Made by a program: the position numbers and the translations under genes. A stretch of DNA of 64,000 bases from Antedon mediterranea (Eukaryota > Animalia > Echinodermata), in the NCBI RefSeq assembly GCF_964355755.1, contig NC_092677.1:27453175-27517174 (forward strand), written 5' to 3'. Position 1 is the first letter of the stretch. Each line of letters starts with the position of its first letter. This document shows, piece after piece, positions 1 through 11,892 of the stretch. The notes beneath the pieces are model-generated. The model was given only the letters and a program-made list of their open reading frames with translations. It had not been told where the DNA came from and searched no databases.

Positions 1-15
1 TCATTTATTTCTTAC

Positions 16-551
16 CTCGCATATTTCCAACATAAAGCCCAGGAAGTATCTAGACAAAATTGAAATAAATATTAATAATTATTATTGAGCTCCCTCAATA
101 AAATCATCTCCATCATTATATTATTATTATCAACATTCTTTCAGTGAATCTTTAGAAATGATTCCAAACAAAATATTAGAAATGATTTCAATCCTCTTTT
201 CTTTATTTAGCTTTAATTATTTCTACTGGTTGTTCAGGGGTGGGCAGTAATTATTTGACTACACAGATAAGGCATGGACTGGCTATGCCCCGTAGTTAAC
301 TCCCCCGGTAGCTATACTTTACTAGGCCTAGGTCAACAGGCAGTCTGGTGGACGTGGGCTAGTATGGTACTACTACTACTACTAGGCCTAGTAGATAGCC
401 GGCTAGCTATATAGGAAGACAGACAGGTTTACACTTGTTTTTTAGTACAATACTATATGTCATATGTACTACTCTACTGTACTACTGGGCCCTATACTAC
501 TAGAGACAGGAAAATGACATTCGTACTCACCTGACTCATTCCTGAACCCAT
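16..551 (-). CDS. DUSP22: Dual-specificity phosphatase 22/15-like, first two coding exons (551-531 and 49-16); gene continues off the window's left edge
   Basis: Spliced translation MGSGMSQ|ILPGLYVGNMR(D) matches the DUSP22 N-terminus (MGSGMSQILPGLYIGNFKD). Exons are 21 and 34 nt with GTGAG and GTAAG donors and a TAG acceptor. MGxxxS is a myristoylation motif. Confidence 0.9.
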
Positions 552-1016
552 CTTTTTGAACTATATTATTCGTCTGTTTACATCTTCCTAAATAAAAGGC
601 CTACCTTCCACTTTCCAGAAGGAAATCCATACCTGCCCTGTAAAAAGTAAACAGAATCAATGAACCATGACGAAAGGTCAAAAGTGACAGTACGGTAGTG
701 ACAAATGACAGATCATCATTTTTCATTTTTAGTAAGTACTTAACATTGTTTTAAAAACAATTAGTTATTATTAATTGTGAGGTAAGCAACATTTTGATTA
801 ACAGAATTGTTTTTTTTATTGGACTTATGGAAGCCGAGGGGAGAATGAAGGATGAGAGGCGTGTAACATAACTCTTTATATCTGCATTATCAATTTATCT
901 GATATCTGATAAGACCATCGGACCCGTCCATTTTGTCTAGCAGGGGGTTTTATACAAAATGTTTACCAATACACTATCTATTTTGTTTCAGATTAATTTT
1001 ATGTTAAACATCAAAT

Positions 1017-3943
1017 ATGTTCTCAGCAGTTCATGGACATAATGAGGCACAGAATATTTTGTACAAATTGGTCATCAAACCATTTCAAGAAAAAGGTATC
1101 GATTCCATGTGACATAAAAGTCTGGTTGATTTGGACCATCCTATTGGCCCGTGTCAGCTATTCTTAAACTTTGTTCCCACACTAATAAGGACGCATGGAC
1201 GTAAGCATAGCATAAATTCACCTGTGGGAACCAATATATAACACTTCTGACAATGTTTTAATCGGCCACCAGATCGGAATCATAGCTTTAAGCCTAACTT
1301 TTTTTAAATAAAATTACGAGTCATAAAAAAATTCTCGAATAAATTATGAATTTGATTCTTTTTTTAGAAGTGGTATCAGATGTTGTTAGTATTCTATTAA
1401 TTGGTGTAAGTATGTTCAGAACTACCTATAAATTCTGCATTAGTATAATAAATACAATTTACATACTGTATGAAGCTACTGCATAATTTACTATTCAAAA
1501 TTTCTTTATATTACAAGCAATTAGCAATTTAAATTATTATAAACACCGTAAACGATGAACTGTTTCAGGAATTGAAATTTAAGAGGCCTAAAACAAATTA
1601 TTTAAACAATTTTAATAGTAACTTTCCTTTTTCTTTGATCATCTAGCCTGCTGGGTGTGGCAAATCGTATCTTGTGAAAGCTTTAGCTGACGAACTTAAG
1701 GGTGTGGCTAGTTACCACCATCTTCATTCTTCAAGCATCATTGGTCACTCACACGAACAGGATGGACAGACTAAGTATCAAACAGAATCATTCATTTGGA
1801 TGTCATTAAAAAATTAAAATTTGTATGCATGAAATATATATTCAAACTATTATTACATCCGACCAAGATGCATCATTTATTTAATAACAATATACTGAAT
1901 TAGCCAAAAGTATTCATAAAATCTTCTGTTGGTAATGCGCTGGTATCTTTTATATATCGATAGAACTCTTTGTACATCACTCAATGAGATATTTCGTTTT
2001 TTTATGTTTTATGTTATTCATAAATAGTCATCTGGCTCTTCATAAGCCAGCTCGGTCTCTCAGATTCAACCGCTTTCTAGAAGTACCTCATTGTAAAACC
2101 AGCAGACTTAGGTCGTCTCCAGTTCCTACCATGGTGGATATAATTAATAGGCACCACTAGCTCTTTTTTAGATATGTAATAAGTGAATGTTTTAAGGTTT
2201 TTTATTCATGTATGTTTTTAATTTTATGGTACGATATCTAATTTTATTAAGATGTTTCTATTTTTATAGCAATTTTAACTAATTTTTAGTCATTTGTAAT
2301 ACATTTCATTTCAGTCCTTGACTGTCGTTTTGTAATATATTTTTATATACCGAATAAATAAATAAATTAAAAAAATACTGAAAAGCTGACAGATTCTTTT
2401 ATACTACTAGATATCTTCGGAATGAAATCAGCAGTGTTGTGGCAAGTCGTCCGTCAATTTTCTTTGTAGATGACCTAGCATCAGAAGATGCAATGTTCCC
2501 ATGTGCATTCACTTCACAATATGGCCATCAACTTGCTCAAGAACTTACTAAATTAAAACAAAGTACAAACAATTATTTACTTTTAATAATTGTCATATAT
2601 CCCAATTTACGCCCTGAATAAAATCCAAAACTAAATGATGTTCTTAGCCTGCTCTTTAGAAATCTAAATATAAAGCTCTGTCTACACTATGAAACTTGAT
2701 GTGAAAAAGAAATGTGATGTGCCCATATATGGACACGTCATATCATTACCATATTTGGGGATAGTGTAGACAGATCCTAACAACAGGAGATAACAGCTGA
2801 AACTAAGTTTTACAAGCCAACTGTTTTGTACTGCTGTTCTATGGATTCGAACTAAAGACCCCAGACTAGGTAAATAAGTACACAGCATATTAAAAATAGT
2901 AAATGATGGCGGTTATCGTGTATTCACCTGCTTCAACTGGTTTTTTTTTTCCACAGGTGAAGATAGTAGTGGAGTTGTGTTTATTGCAGCAACGCAATCG
3001 CCATGGAACATGAATCAACATTTATGGCAATTGTAAGACCAATGTTTGAGTTTTTATTATTATTATTAAGAGCTCAATATACAAATTAGAATAGAATGAG
3101 GAGAATATACACAATGGAATGGGAACAATATATAGATTGGAATAGTAAAAGCACAATCATATTCCGCACATAATTACACACATTTCATTTTTTTTACAGA
3201 TTTGATGTTCAGATTTACTTGCAGAATCTCAGCTTTGATGAAAGATTTGCTTTCTTGCAAAATTCTCTACAGGACATAACTTTGGAGGCTGGCGTGGTAC
3301 AAGATTTGGCCACACGCACTGAACAGTAAATAATATACAGTGTTTATTTCTTGGGTCCACAAGATATGTTCATCTATGACAGAAAAAGGGACAACATTTT
3401 TCATTAACTTTCACCATTACTTATTTCCAGATATACGGGTGCAGATTTATCAATTTTATGCCAAGAAATCGGATTTATACCGATCAGAATCCTTATGGCC
3501 ACTTCTCATTTTAAGGTATGTTCAGACTAACCAATCGTCGGGATCGTAAATTATGTTCTATTATATTCTATTTCATATTTTTTCACATCAATTTTGTATT
3601 GTAGGAGACGTTTAAAAATGGAAAATTCACTGCCTGTTCGCCATCAGATGAGGGTGCCATTGAAATGAAGTTGGAGGACATTGCCGAAGATGATCTGGAG
3701 TTTGAACCAATTTCAACAGTACGTACAGATTTCTCACAAATATAAATTAAATTATATAGAAGATCCAATTAGTAAAAAGTATAGAAGTATTTAATATAGC
3801 ATAGGGTTTCTTTTCAAGCCATCCCTAGTATTAACATTTTGAAATATTGTTTATAGGATGCCGCTATAGAAAGGCTGCATCCACCAACCGTTGATTGGCA
3901 GAAATACAAACTATTCCAAGACACAAGACCAACCTTAGTGTAG
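1017..3943 (+). CDS. Divergent VPS4-like AAA+ protein, ~294 aa, 9 exons (1017-1095, 1368-1405, 1647-1774, 2411-2562, 2957-3032, 3200-3325, 3431-3515, 3605-3718, 3857-3943)
   Basis: Phase-compatible GT-AG exons give one open frame. Motifs: Walker A ILLIGPAGCGKS, Walker B-like SIFFVDD, VVFIAATQSPW, YTGADLSIL..IPIRILMATSHFK, and the VPS4 beta-domain signature TACSPSDEGAIEM (VPS4: TPCSPGDPGAIEM). Confidence 0.85.
2030..2370 (+). mobile_element. 5'-truncated LINE 3' end (CR1/L2-group-like) in an intron of the VPS4-like gene
   Basis: Translates to HKPARSLRFNRFLEVPHCKTSRLRSSPVPTMVDIIN, typical of a LINE ORF2 C-terminus, followed by an AT-rich UTR and an (AATA)n tail near 2354-2366. Confidence 0.55.
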
Positions 3944-3944
3944 C

Positions 3945-4370
3945 ATACTTTTGATAATTGGAGATTTTAACCTTAAAGAAATTAATTGGAAGGATATGCT
4001 GGTTAATGCTAGCGTTACACATCCATCAAACACTTTTTTTTGAAATAATCAACGATTTATACTTGGTGCAACATGTCAAGAGTAATACGCGACACAGAGA
4101 TGGACAAAGATCATCCCAATTGGACCTTATTATTACTGATGATGATTTTAAGGTATCTAACCTACTACATTTACCCCCTTTAGGGAAAAGTGACCACGAT
4201 TGTTTGTTTTGGCAGTACGTCTATAAACTTGATATTCCCAGTAAGGAAACCAAGTCATTTCACAACTACAACAAAGGCGATTATATAAGCATAAAGCGTG
4301 AACTGAGTAATATCAATTGGTCCGATGAATTTGATAATAAAACTACCGATGAAATGTACAACAGAACAGT
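3945..4370 (+). mobile_element. Frameshifted LINE ORF2 fragment (APE endonuclease C-terminal half, CR1-like)
   Basis: IIGDFNLKEINW in one frame, then LVQHV..TRHR...LDLIIT....LGKSDH..NYNKGDY in another. These are the GDFN and SDH endonuclease motifs. Confidence 0.85.
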
Positions 4371-4639
4371 TTACCAGCCGACGTTGTCAATTCCGAGACC
4401 GCTAATACCTTCAAGAATCGCATCGACACAATGTAGTTGATATGGGGTTTAAAAAGGCACATCGCCTAAACTTTCCCATTATAACTAAACTAAACTCTGA
4501 ATAAAGAAATTTAAGTATACCAGTATAGGCGGTACATGTATAAACTTTATTTACGTTTTACAAAAAAAACTATACAAAGTGTTTATATATATATTATATA
4601 TATTATTTATTGCTTTATCATATATTGCATTATGGGTAT

Positions 4640-7600
4640 TTAATTGATAATAATGGATATGATGTAAGCGATGGTAACTAGCAACGTCACCATGCCAATT
4701 GCATGGCAACCAGAATCTTGGTCGTCAATTTCAATATCCACTGGCAGCTCTGGAATGTCGTTGGTTTTCTATAAAAAAAGTAAAGTGAAATTATTGAAGG
4801 CGATCAACCAACCATTAACTGAAAAATACCTCGTTCTGCTTTACCACCGATTGAATTTGGTTATTACCAATTTTTTACCTTTGTTTCGAAATTTGTTTTA
4901 TAATACATTTTGTATAAATTACCCGGAACTACCCTTTACTTCCATAATTGCTATAGTTAAATTTTACAAATTTGGTATAGCATCAGATTTGCAAGTGTAA
5001 ATATTAAAGTAGGGTACATTGTCTCATTTGACATGGAACGTACCTCTTCCACAATTCTCTCGCATCGAAAAGTCACATCCGAGTAACTTTCGTCAGCATG
5101 GTTACATATACAATCCAATGTTTCTGCACTGTGTGTCGAACCTTCAGGACAACCTCTAAACAACAGCCTGTAATTCATATTGGCTTGGACAGACGCGCTG
5201 GCCAAGACGTCACGGCGCACCACATCCAGCTCCACATCATCACTGGTGTCCCTCCTTCTTCTGCCAGTCCTTTCAACCAGTTGGAAAACGTTTGTAATGG
5301 TGTAGTTCCTAGCTTGACCAGAAAGGGCTCTGTTGATAAATGTACTGACGTGTTCTTCGTTGGCATGATCGTAGCTATGCGATTCCAGTTCCTGTTTATA
5401 GAAGTTTTGATTTGCATAAATGATTAAATAAAAATTTACAAAAATTTATACAACAAAATATGACAAAAGGAGCCCAACAAAATTGGCAAAAGCTAATTCT
5501 GGTAACTGCTGAGATGTGCGTTTGTCTATTATAAACATAGAGTTTGTATAGTAAGACATGGTGCATCAAAATGACATTTTTCTATAGAACTGTACTGACC
5601 TGAAGTGTATCTTCTATGACAGACGGGTTGTAAATTGTGTTGTCATTCTTAAAGTAGAAGTCCTCCGCTATGTACGCAAAGTAGCGGTCACCGGTGTCTG
5701 CAGCTAAACATCCCTGCAATTGAAAATAACAAAATGTTCAAGAAAATTAACAGATCCTCCAGATAAATAGGCCTATATATATATATTATTATTTCATTTA
5801 AGTAGGAGAAAACATTTGGTTATCTGATACTAGGATGTACTAACACAAATCTTTGAGTTAGTACCCTGTGGTATTCATTAAGCTCTGTCTACACCAAAAA
5901 AAAAAAGTATGTGCCCAAATATGGTAGTGATATGGCCAAATATGGTAGTGATATGCTCAAATGGAAATGGTAGTGATGTCAATGAGCACATCATAAAGTT
6001 TAGACAGAGCTTTCGAAATGTAATTCGATTAAATAGTGATTTGAATATTGATATCTGCAGCAGCAGGGGTGTACTTACAATATCGTTGAATTCATATTCC
6101 TTTCCAATGCAGACCATGAACATTGTAAGTTCCAGTTGCAATCGCTGTCTAAGTACTTCTGGGAAGAAATGAGTCTCCACACTCACCATCTCCAGATGCG
6201 ATACACCCGGAGCGAATCCGTCGCGAAGATCAGAGTTCGGATTTAATGATCCATAAACACTTTTAAGCAACACTCTGAAAAAAAAAATCGACTGTTGTAA
6301 GCATTTATTTGCGACAACCTAGTTAGTGTTAATGTATGAAAAGTATCTCTAAATAAAAGTAATTAATTTGTGTACATGCAAAAAGTTGGGATGCGCTTGC
6401 TTCCTCGCTTTAAATGCCTGTCTTTCAAATCAAACCGAACGGCAAAGGGTTAGTGAAAAGGAAACGTTCGATTCGCCGGACCGGAATCGGAACAGGTGTG
6501 AGAGACACTTTATTCCTGTTTCTAATGTTAATGTTGTCCAATTCATTTAGCATATTGTTCCAAAGGGCTTAATAACAATTGAGTGAATTGAGAAAACAGA
6601 TTTAACCCAATTTAAATGTTATAAATGGTTTCGTTATAGATTGTTAGCGTACCTAGGTTCGTCAATTTCACCATCGGTTATATCCACAACAGACTGGAGA
6701 GAAATAAGGTTTGACACCACAGCATCCGGGACATCTAGTCGTTCACAGGTGGACTTATCGCCAGATTTAATGTCGGGACAGGTGTATGTTTTAAAGCTTA
6801 ACTCGAATTCACCTAAAAGGAATAATGATGTTAAATTATTACAAGCAGTATATAGTTAATAAGCTCTCCTCCCAGGCGCTGCCAAGGTTTTTTTAACCGA
6901 CCTGTAGCATCAAGTGGGTCGGTGACGGAAGCCGTTGCTGGCTCGTCAACGTCTAGAACGACACCAAATATCCACCGCTGTGTACACATTCCCGGGTATT
7001 CCTCGTAGTCGCATTCTGGCGCCGTCAAAGCATCATTGTTGTCTTCTAAAATTCCTTCGCATCCAAGAATTTCGAACCGCAGGTAAGGCAGGTTAAAGTT
7101 GGTGATCGGTGCGATTCTAATGCCTATCATCTCTATGGGTCGGTCAAAGAAGTTTGGAACTGGAGTTTCCGCATCAAAATTGCCGTTGAAAATCTACAAT
7201 AATAAAGGATATTGCTGTTAAGATCATACGCACCAAGGGTTCCCCAAGTTTATTGTTTACTCTCATACTAGAGACGGATACTAATTGTATGCAGAGATGA
7301 ACTGGCTGTCACAATGGCAGATAGGAAGTTATGGAGGAATCTAGTCATAAGTTTGGATATGTCCCGGACTAAGTAAGTTTATTGAGGCTGGTAGTCGCAT
7401 GCAAATATACTTACTATTGTGTTTCCTTCGGAATCTTCTAAGTCGGCAAAGATAGATACCTGATTGATTTGGATCTTATAAGTGGTGATGTAAGCATACT
7501 GTGACTCTAGGGTATATCCTTGAGTGATTACCCCAGTTACGGTCATCATGGTACCAAATGTAACCTACAAATAAAAATATAATTTTGTTTTCTTCGTTAA

Positions 7601-10600
7601 ATACATAAAAGATAAATTCATCGTCGATAATGGCTATACTTTGTCTCGTGTTATTTTAGCAGGATGGGAAGCATCGCGCCACTAGCACTCCTCCTCCGTC
7701 CTTGTCAGATTGAACGTGCACGCGTATATACTGGGATACGCTTTCACTCACTTGTACGTGTTGAGCTGTGGCCTGGACTGGACACCATGCCCCTACACCG
7801 TGCAGACGGGCATTATGTCCTGGAAATCCTGGCTGGAATGAAGTGGCAATAATATCACCGTTTACGATGTCGCCAGATTCCATACCAAGTGCATCATTAC
7901 AACCTGTAATTATGTAAATATAAAGCTTCCTACTAAGAGACAACGCAATGACGTAAGCGCAATGACGTAAGCGCAACGCAAGTAATTCCACCAATCGCAA
8001 GCGAGACAATTTGAATAATCTTCCATCGCTTGTGGTCAAATTATGTTTTAGTCCTAGTGGGGCCCATTCTTTAGCAGCTATGGGTCCAGTATTGCGCATT
8101 TGGAAACCGGGGTCCTATTGTAGGCCTACACCAGTACAAGAGTAACAAAGATAAAGAGATATTTTCTTTCAATACAAATTATACTATTTTATGTTTTACC
8201 CAAAAACAGTTTTTAGAAGAAGAAAAAATACCGTTGTCTGGAATAGCAGCGATATAACTAAGGCCGTTGTTGGTATTAATTGGGTTGTATTGCAAAGACG
8301 ACGGTTGATAGACCGAGATCAGGTAGCCGTCGGAATCCGTTACTGTACGAAACACAAGTTCAACCTCAGCACGTGACCTAAATATGACAATTTATAGAAA
8401 TATTAAATTTCATAAAAGCAAATACTGGAAACTGTAAGCCTAACAATATCAGGGGGAATGCATAAAGAACCGTGAATGCATAAAGAACCATTAATGTATA
8501 AGTCGCCTTCAACAGTGAGCTTGACAAGCTGCAACGCAAGGAGACGCAACGCAAGGACGATTGGTCAACGTTGCGCAACGTCCTTGTGTTGCGGCTCTGG
8601 TGGGTACCAAACATAATGCCCGCGTTTAATCCGTGGCGTCGCTAGTGGAAACCAAGCTTTACGTAAATATTACGTACCTATCCAATCCCTCCGCTTCATC
8701 AGCGTTAATGTATACCGGTTTAACGATAGCATATTCAAAGATAGGTCGTAATCGCTCGGTTGAGCTTATCAGAAACCTAGAATGAAAATACAAATATGAT
8801 ACAAGAATGGTCGGCGGTCGGTCGGACCGAAATTTTGTTTTACAGATATAAAATAGTAATGTTTTTTGTACAGTATTTGTCGGTTGGTTATTAATGTGGG
8901 TGTCTTATTTGTTATGGAATTATATGCTTGCGTCTATTTTGATTGGCCAAATTATTTTATTAATGGAAAGACAATCTTACCTTGAAAGGGCAAAGCGCAT
9001 AAGCGTCCAATAAAGAACCGCGTAATTTTCCGTATATGACGGCAGCAGACTTCCGTCAGCGTCCGCGTACTTTGGTCGCACGTTCGTCATATAAATAGTG
9101 GCATTTAGTACAATGGATTCGGGGTATACATTCTGTTTCCACACATAGTCGCCGTTGCTGTCTAAACAGTCAAACAATGTGTTTACCGTACCTGGAAGAA
9201 GAGTGAAACTCATTTTATTTAATGCTTTTAATGATTGCTTAAGCTTGGTTCCCACTAGAGACGAAACGCGCAACGTAAGCGAGTTGACCAATGACAAGCG
9301 ACAGTTCGAATAATCCATCGCTTGCGATTGGTCAAATCACGAACGTTGCGTTTTGTCCATGAGTTGCGCATCTAGGCCTATAGTGGAAACCAAACATTAC
9401 AGATCGTAAAATTCTTGCCATATACAATACAAGAAATACAGTATAATATAAAAGGCAAGGAAAGACCAAACCAGATGCTTAGTTGGTCAACCCAGAACGG
9501 TGCACAAAATAAACAAAATAATGTCAAAATGGTTAAATATAAAGACAAGGCAATGAAATGTTTCCAAAAGATTGCATTATGAACTACAGATTAATTTGTT
9601 AAATGTCCGCCGTACCTTGGTAAGTGTACGTATCTTCTCTAAACCTTTCGGTAGAACCAGGGGTTTTTACTGCGTAAGAGGCTCCTGCTGTGAAACTTGT
9701 AAACAGGTTCTTGCCAGTTGTGGATCCTGGTCTGTATGCATCGTCATAAAAATCATCCTATCGAGATACATGTGAAGATAAGGATGTTGGCTGAATGGCA
9801 AATATCCTTCCTTTCCCATCCCCAGGTAAACAAACCTCAGGAGAATACGTTTTTAAGAAAAATATTTTATCCTGGGGGGATATATGAAACAAACAAAACT
9901 GAACTGCGCGTGCGTTAAATTAAAGTTTAGGCCTACTTTGTTCAAACCGATAATGACGGAATGGATTTAACTTACGCTAAATTGCTCATTAGCAAAAACA
10001 CTGGAACACGGGCCGGTGTTATTGGCCAATAGGTATCCACCTTGGCGGTTTACGATCGGATAGTTGTCCTTGTCGTGCGCTAGTGCATTGTATGGCTGCC
10101 AGTCTAAAATCCAAATTTCATCTTCGTTTTCTACATCTTCCACAACAACATCTAATGTCACCACACCTAGAATAATATAGTAGTATTTATTTGACAGACA
10201 TAAGCATTGAACAGAGTATGTAGCTTTTGGTTATCTCTTGCGCGTAAACGCGTACGCGCAACGCAATGTAAAACTAAAGCTTGGTTTCCACAAGAGACGC
10301 AACGTAATGCAACGCAAGTGATTTGACAAATCGATAGATTATTCGGACAATCGCTTGTGATTGGTCAACTTGCCTGTGTTGCGTCTACGCGTTGCCCATC
10401 TAGTGGGAACCAAGCTTTATGTGATGAGTGACACGCCCCAAAAACGTTGAAATGAGGTGGTTTGTATGCCATTGCTTGGAGTACAAAAAATAAAACTACG
10501 ATACTTGCCATCTTCAATTAACCATGTGCCGATAGATGCCTGACCCATCTTTTCAAAATTCTTATCAACCCCATGCTTAATAGGCACTCCGAATTGTGCA

Positions 10601-10653
10601 TTACATTGGTGAAGCACAAGGAGACAGACTAATATTGCGGCGGACAACGGCAT
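4640..10653 (-). CDS. Secreted, probably GPI-anchored extracellular protein, ~824 aa, with an F5/8 type C (discoidin) domain and a FRAS1/FREM2/ECM3 C-terminal-like region; 14 exons (10653-10509, 10166-9976, 9757-9616, 9191-8981, 8776-8678, 8377-8232, 7903-7752, 7564-7415, 7193-6902, 6812-6653, 6274-6079, 5713-5600, 5391-5044, 4768-4640)
   Basis: All exons join in phase (2475 nt). Signal peptide MPLSAAILVCLLVLHQCNA; discoidin motifs CNDALGMESG, ARL..GAWC, VTGVITQG, FNGNFD, LRFEILGC; furin site RTGRRRR; C-terminal DSG followed by a hydrophobic tail ending at the stop. Confidence 0.8.
10278..10416. mobile_element. Palindromic MITE family A (TIR AGCTTGGTTCCCACTAG), PIF/Harbinger-like; other copies or fragments near 1170-1232, 7925-8040, 8520-8660, 9242-9395, 22882-22910, 27649-27800, 46787-46890, 47358-47488
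   Basis: Terminal inverted repeats and internal symmetry (GCAACGCAAG..TGACCAAT / ATTGGTCA..TTGCGT). The 27649-27800 copy has a TAA target-site duplication. Confidence 0.8.
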
Positions 10654-10704
10654 TCTCACTGCACTAATCTTTACGGAGTAAAAGCGGTATGTGCTAAATA
10701 GCAC

Positions 10705-10713
10705 ATTTTATAT
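10705..10713 (-). promoter_or_regulatory. Candidate TATA box of the discoidin-domain gene
   Basis: TATAAAA on the minus strand about 55 bp upstream of the ATG at 10653. Confidence 0.35.
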
Positions 10714-11353
10714 CCCTCTAGATGGACTGTTCCATTTCTATCCCTTATAACTCGCAATAATTAAGTAATTTACTAATAATTCACTTTAGAAATGTATGTT
10801 TGCAAGCACTATTAGCAAACAATATTCAGTTTTTAGATTATGCTTTGTCATACATTTTTATTACGTTGTATTTAATTTTGATTACCTGTTACAGAATAGA
10901 ATAATCTCATACTCATTTACATACTTTACCCAGGTGTGTGACAAAATGCCAGTCGTGGCAAACTTTAAAGAAATTTTTAAAAGCCGAAGCAGCTGAACAT
11001 GTTTTAGCTGAATATTTTGGTGGTGGAAATGATGTTCACGAAATCATGTCTTACAAAAGAAAATATTATCGAGGGATCTGGAGTAGCATGATGCCCATGC
11101 TAACCCAAAATGTGTTACTTTATCGCCTTGTACCGATCCGAGTAATTCAAGTTGAGTCGGCACCTTTTAATGTCGTTTTGTGTCACTCGGCTATGTTAGA
11201 ATTTGTTTGGCCAAACAATGCGCTTTAGAGGTATTTCTTTGCGATAGCTATTTGCTGCTTTCGGATAATTTATATTACCTCAAAATCGAGTGTATAAATT
11301 CCCTTGATGTCCTATAAAACTAATATTCTTTAATAATTGTGAAGAGAAAAAAA

Positions 11354-11426
11354 CACCTCCGACGGGACTCGAACCCGCAATCCCCGGCTTAGGAGGCCGA
11401 TGCCTTATCCATTAGGCCACGGAGGC
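11354..11426 (-). tRNA. tRNA-Arg(CCT), copy 1
   Basis: GCCTCCGTGGCCTAATGGATAAGGCATCGGCCTCCTAAGCCGGGGATTGCGGGTTCGAGTCCCGTCGGAGGTG: 73-nt cloverleaf with A and B boxes and an oligo-T terminator. Confidence 0.95.
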
Positions 11427-11681
11427 AGTTGATGTGTACAGATAATACTGCTGTATATCAAATTATTATTTTTTATAAATCTTTATACTATTATTTTAAT
11501 TTCATTTATTTCGTCAGAAGCGGAACAAATTAATACAAAACAAAAGAGTTCAAAATCCAAATGGTTAACCAAAAAGCGAAATGAATCACTGTCAAGTGGC
11601 TCACCAAAATAGAAATTGAAAAGAGTTACACAATTAAAATATATTAACATTTTATTTTAATTGTGAAGAGAGAAAAAAAAA

Positions 11682-11754
11682 CACCTCCGACGGGACTCGA
11701 ACCCGCAATCCCCGGCTTAGGAGGCCGATGCCTTATCCATTAGGCCACGGAGGC
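11682..11754 (-). tRNA. tRNA-Arg(CCT), copy 2
   Basis: Identical to copy 1, with shared flanks and an oligo-T terminator. Confidence 0.95.
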
Positions 11755-11892
11755 AGTTGATGTGTAGAGATAATACTGCTGTATAATTATTATGTTTATA
11801 AATCTTTTACTTATTAGGAACTCGGCAGTCATGACAATAAATAAGTAATTAATAAGTGCGCTACCTGTGAATTAAAGGGAGAAAAATAAATA

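Noticed and set aside
5098-5427. Plus-strand 109-aa ORF and similar antisense ORFs over GPI and GARRE1 exons
   Set aside because: They are shadows of real exons on the opposite strand.
10938-11228. 96-aa plus-strand ORF upstream of the tRNA cluster
   Set aside because: It has no recognisable motif or exon chain; it may be a decayed transposon, but I cannot support that.
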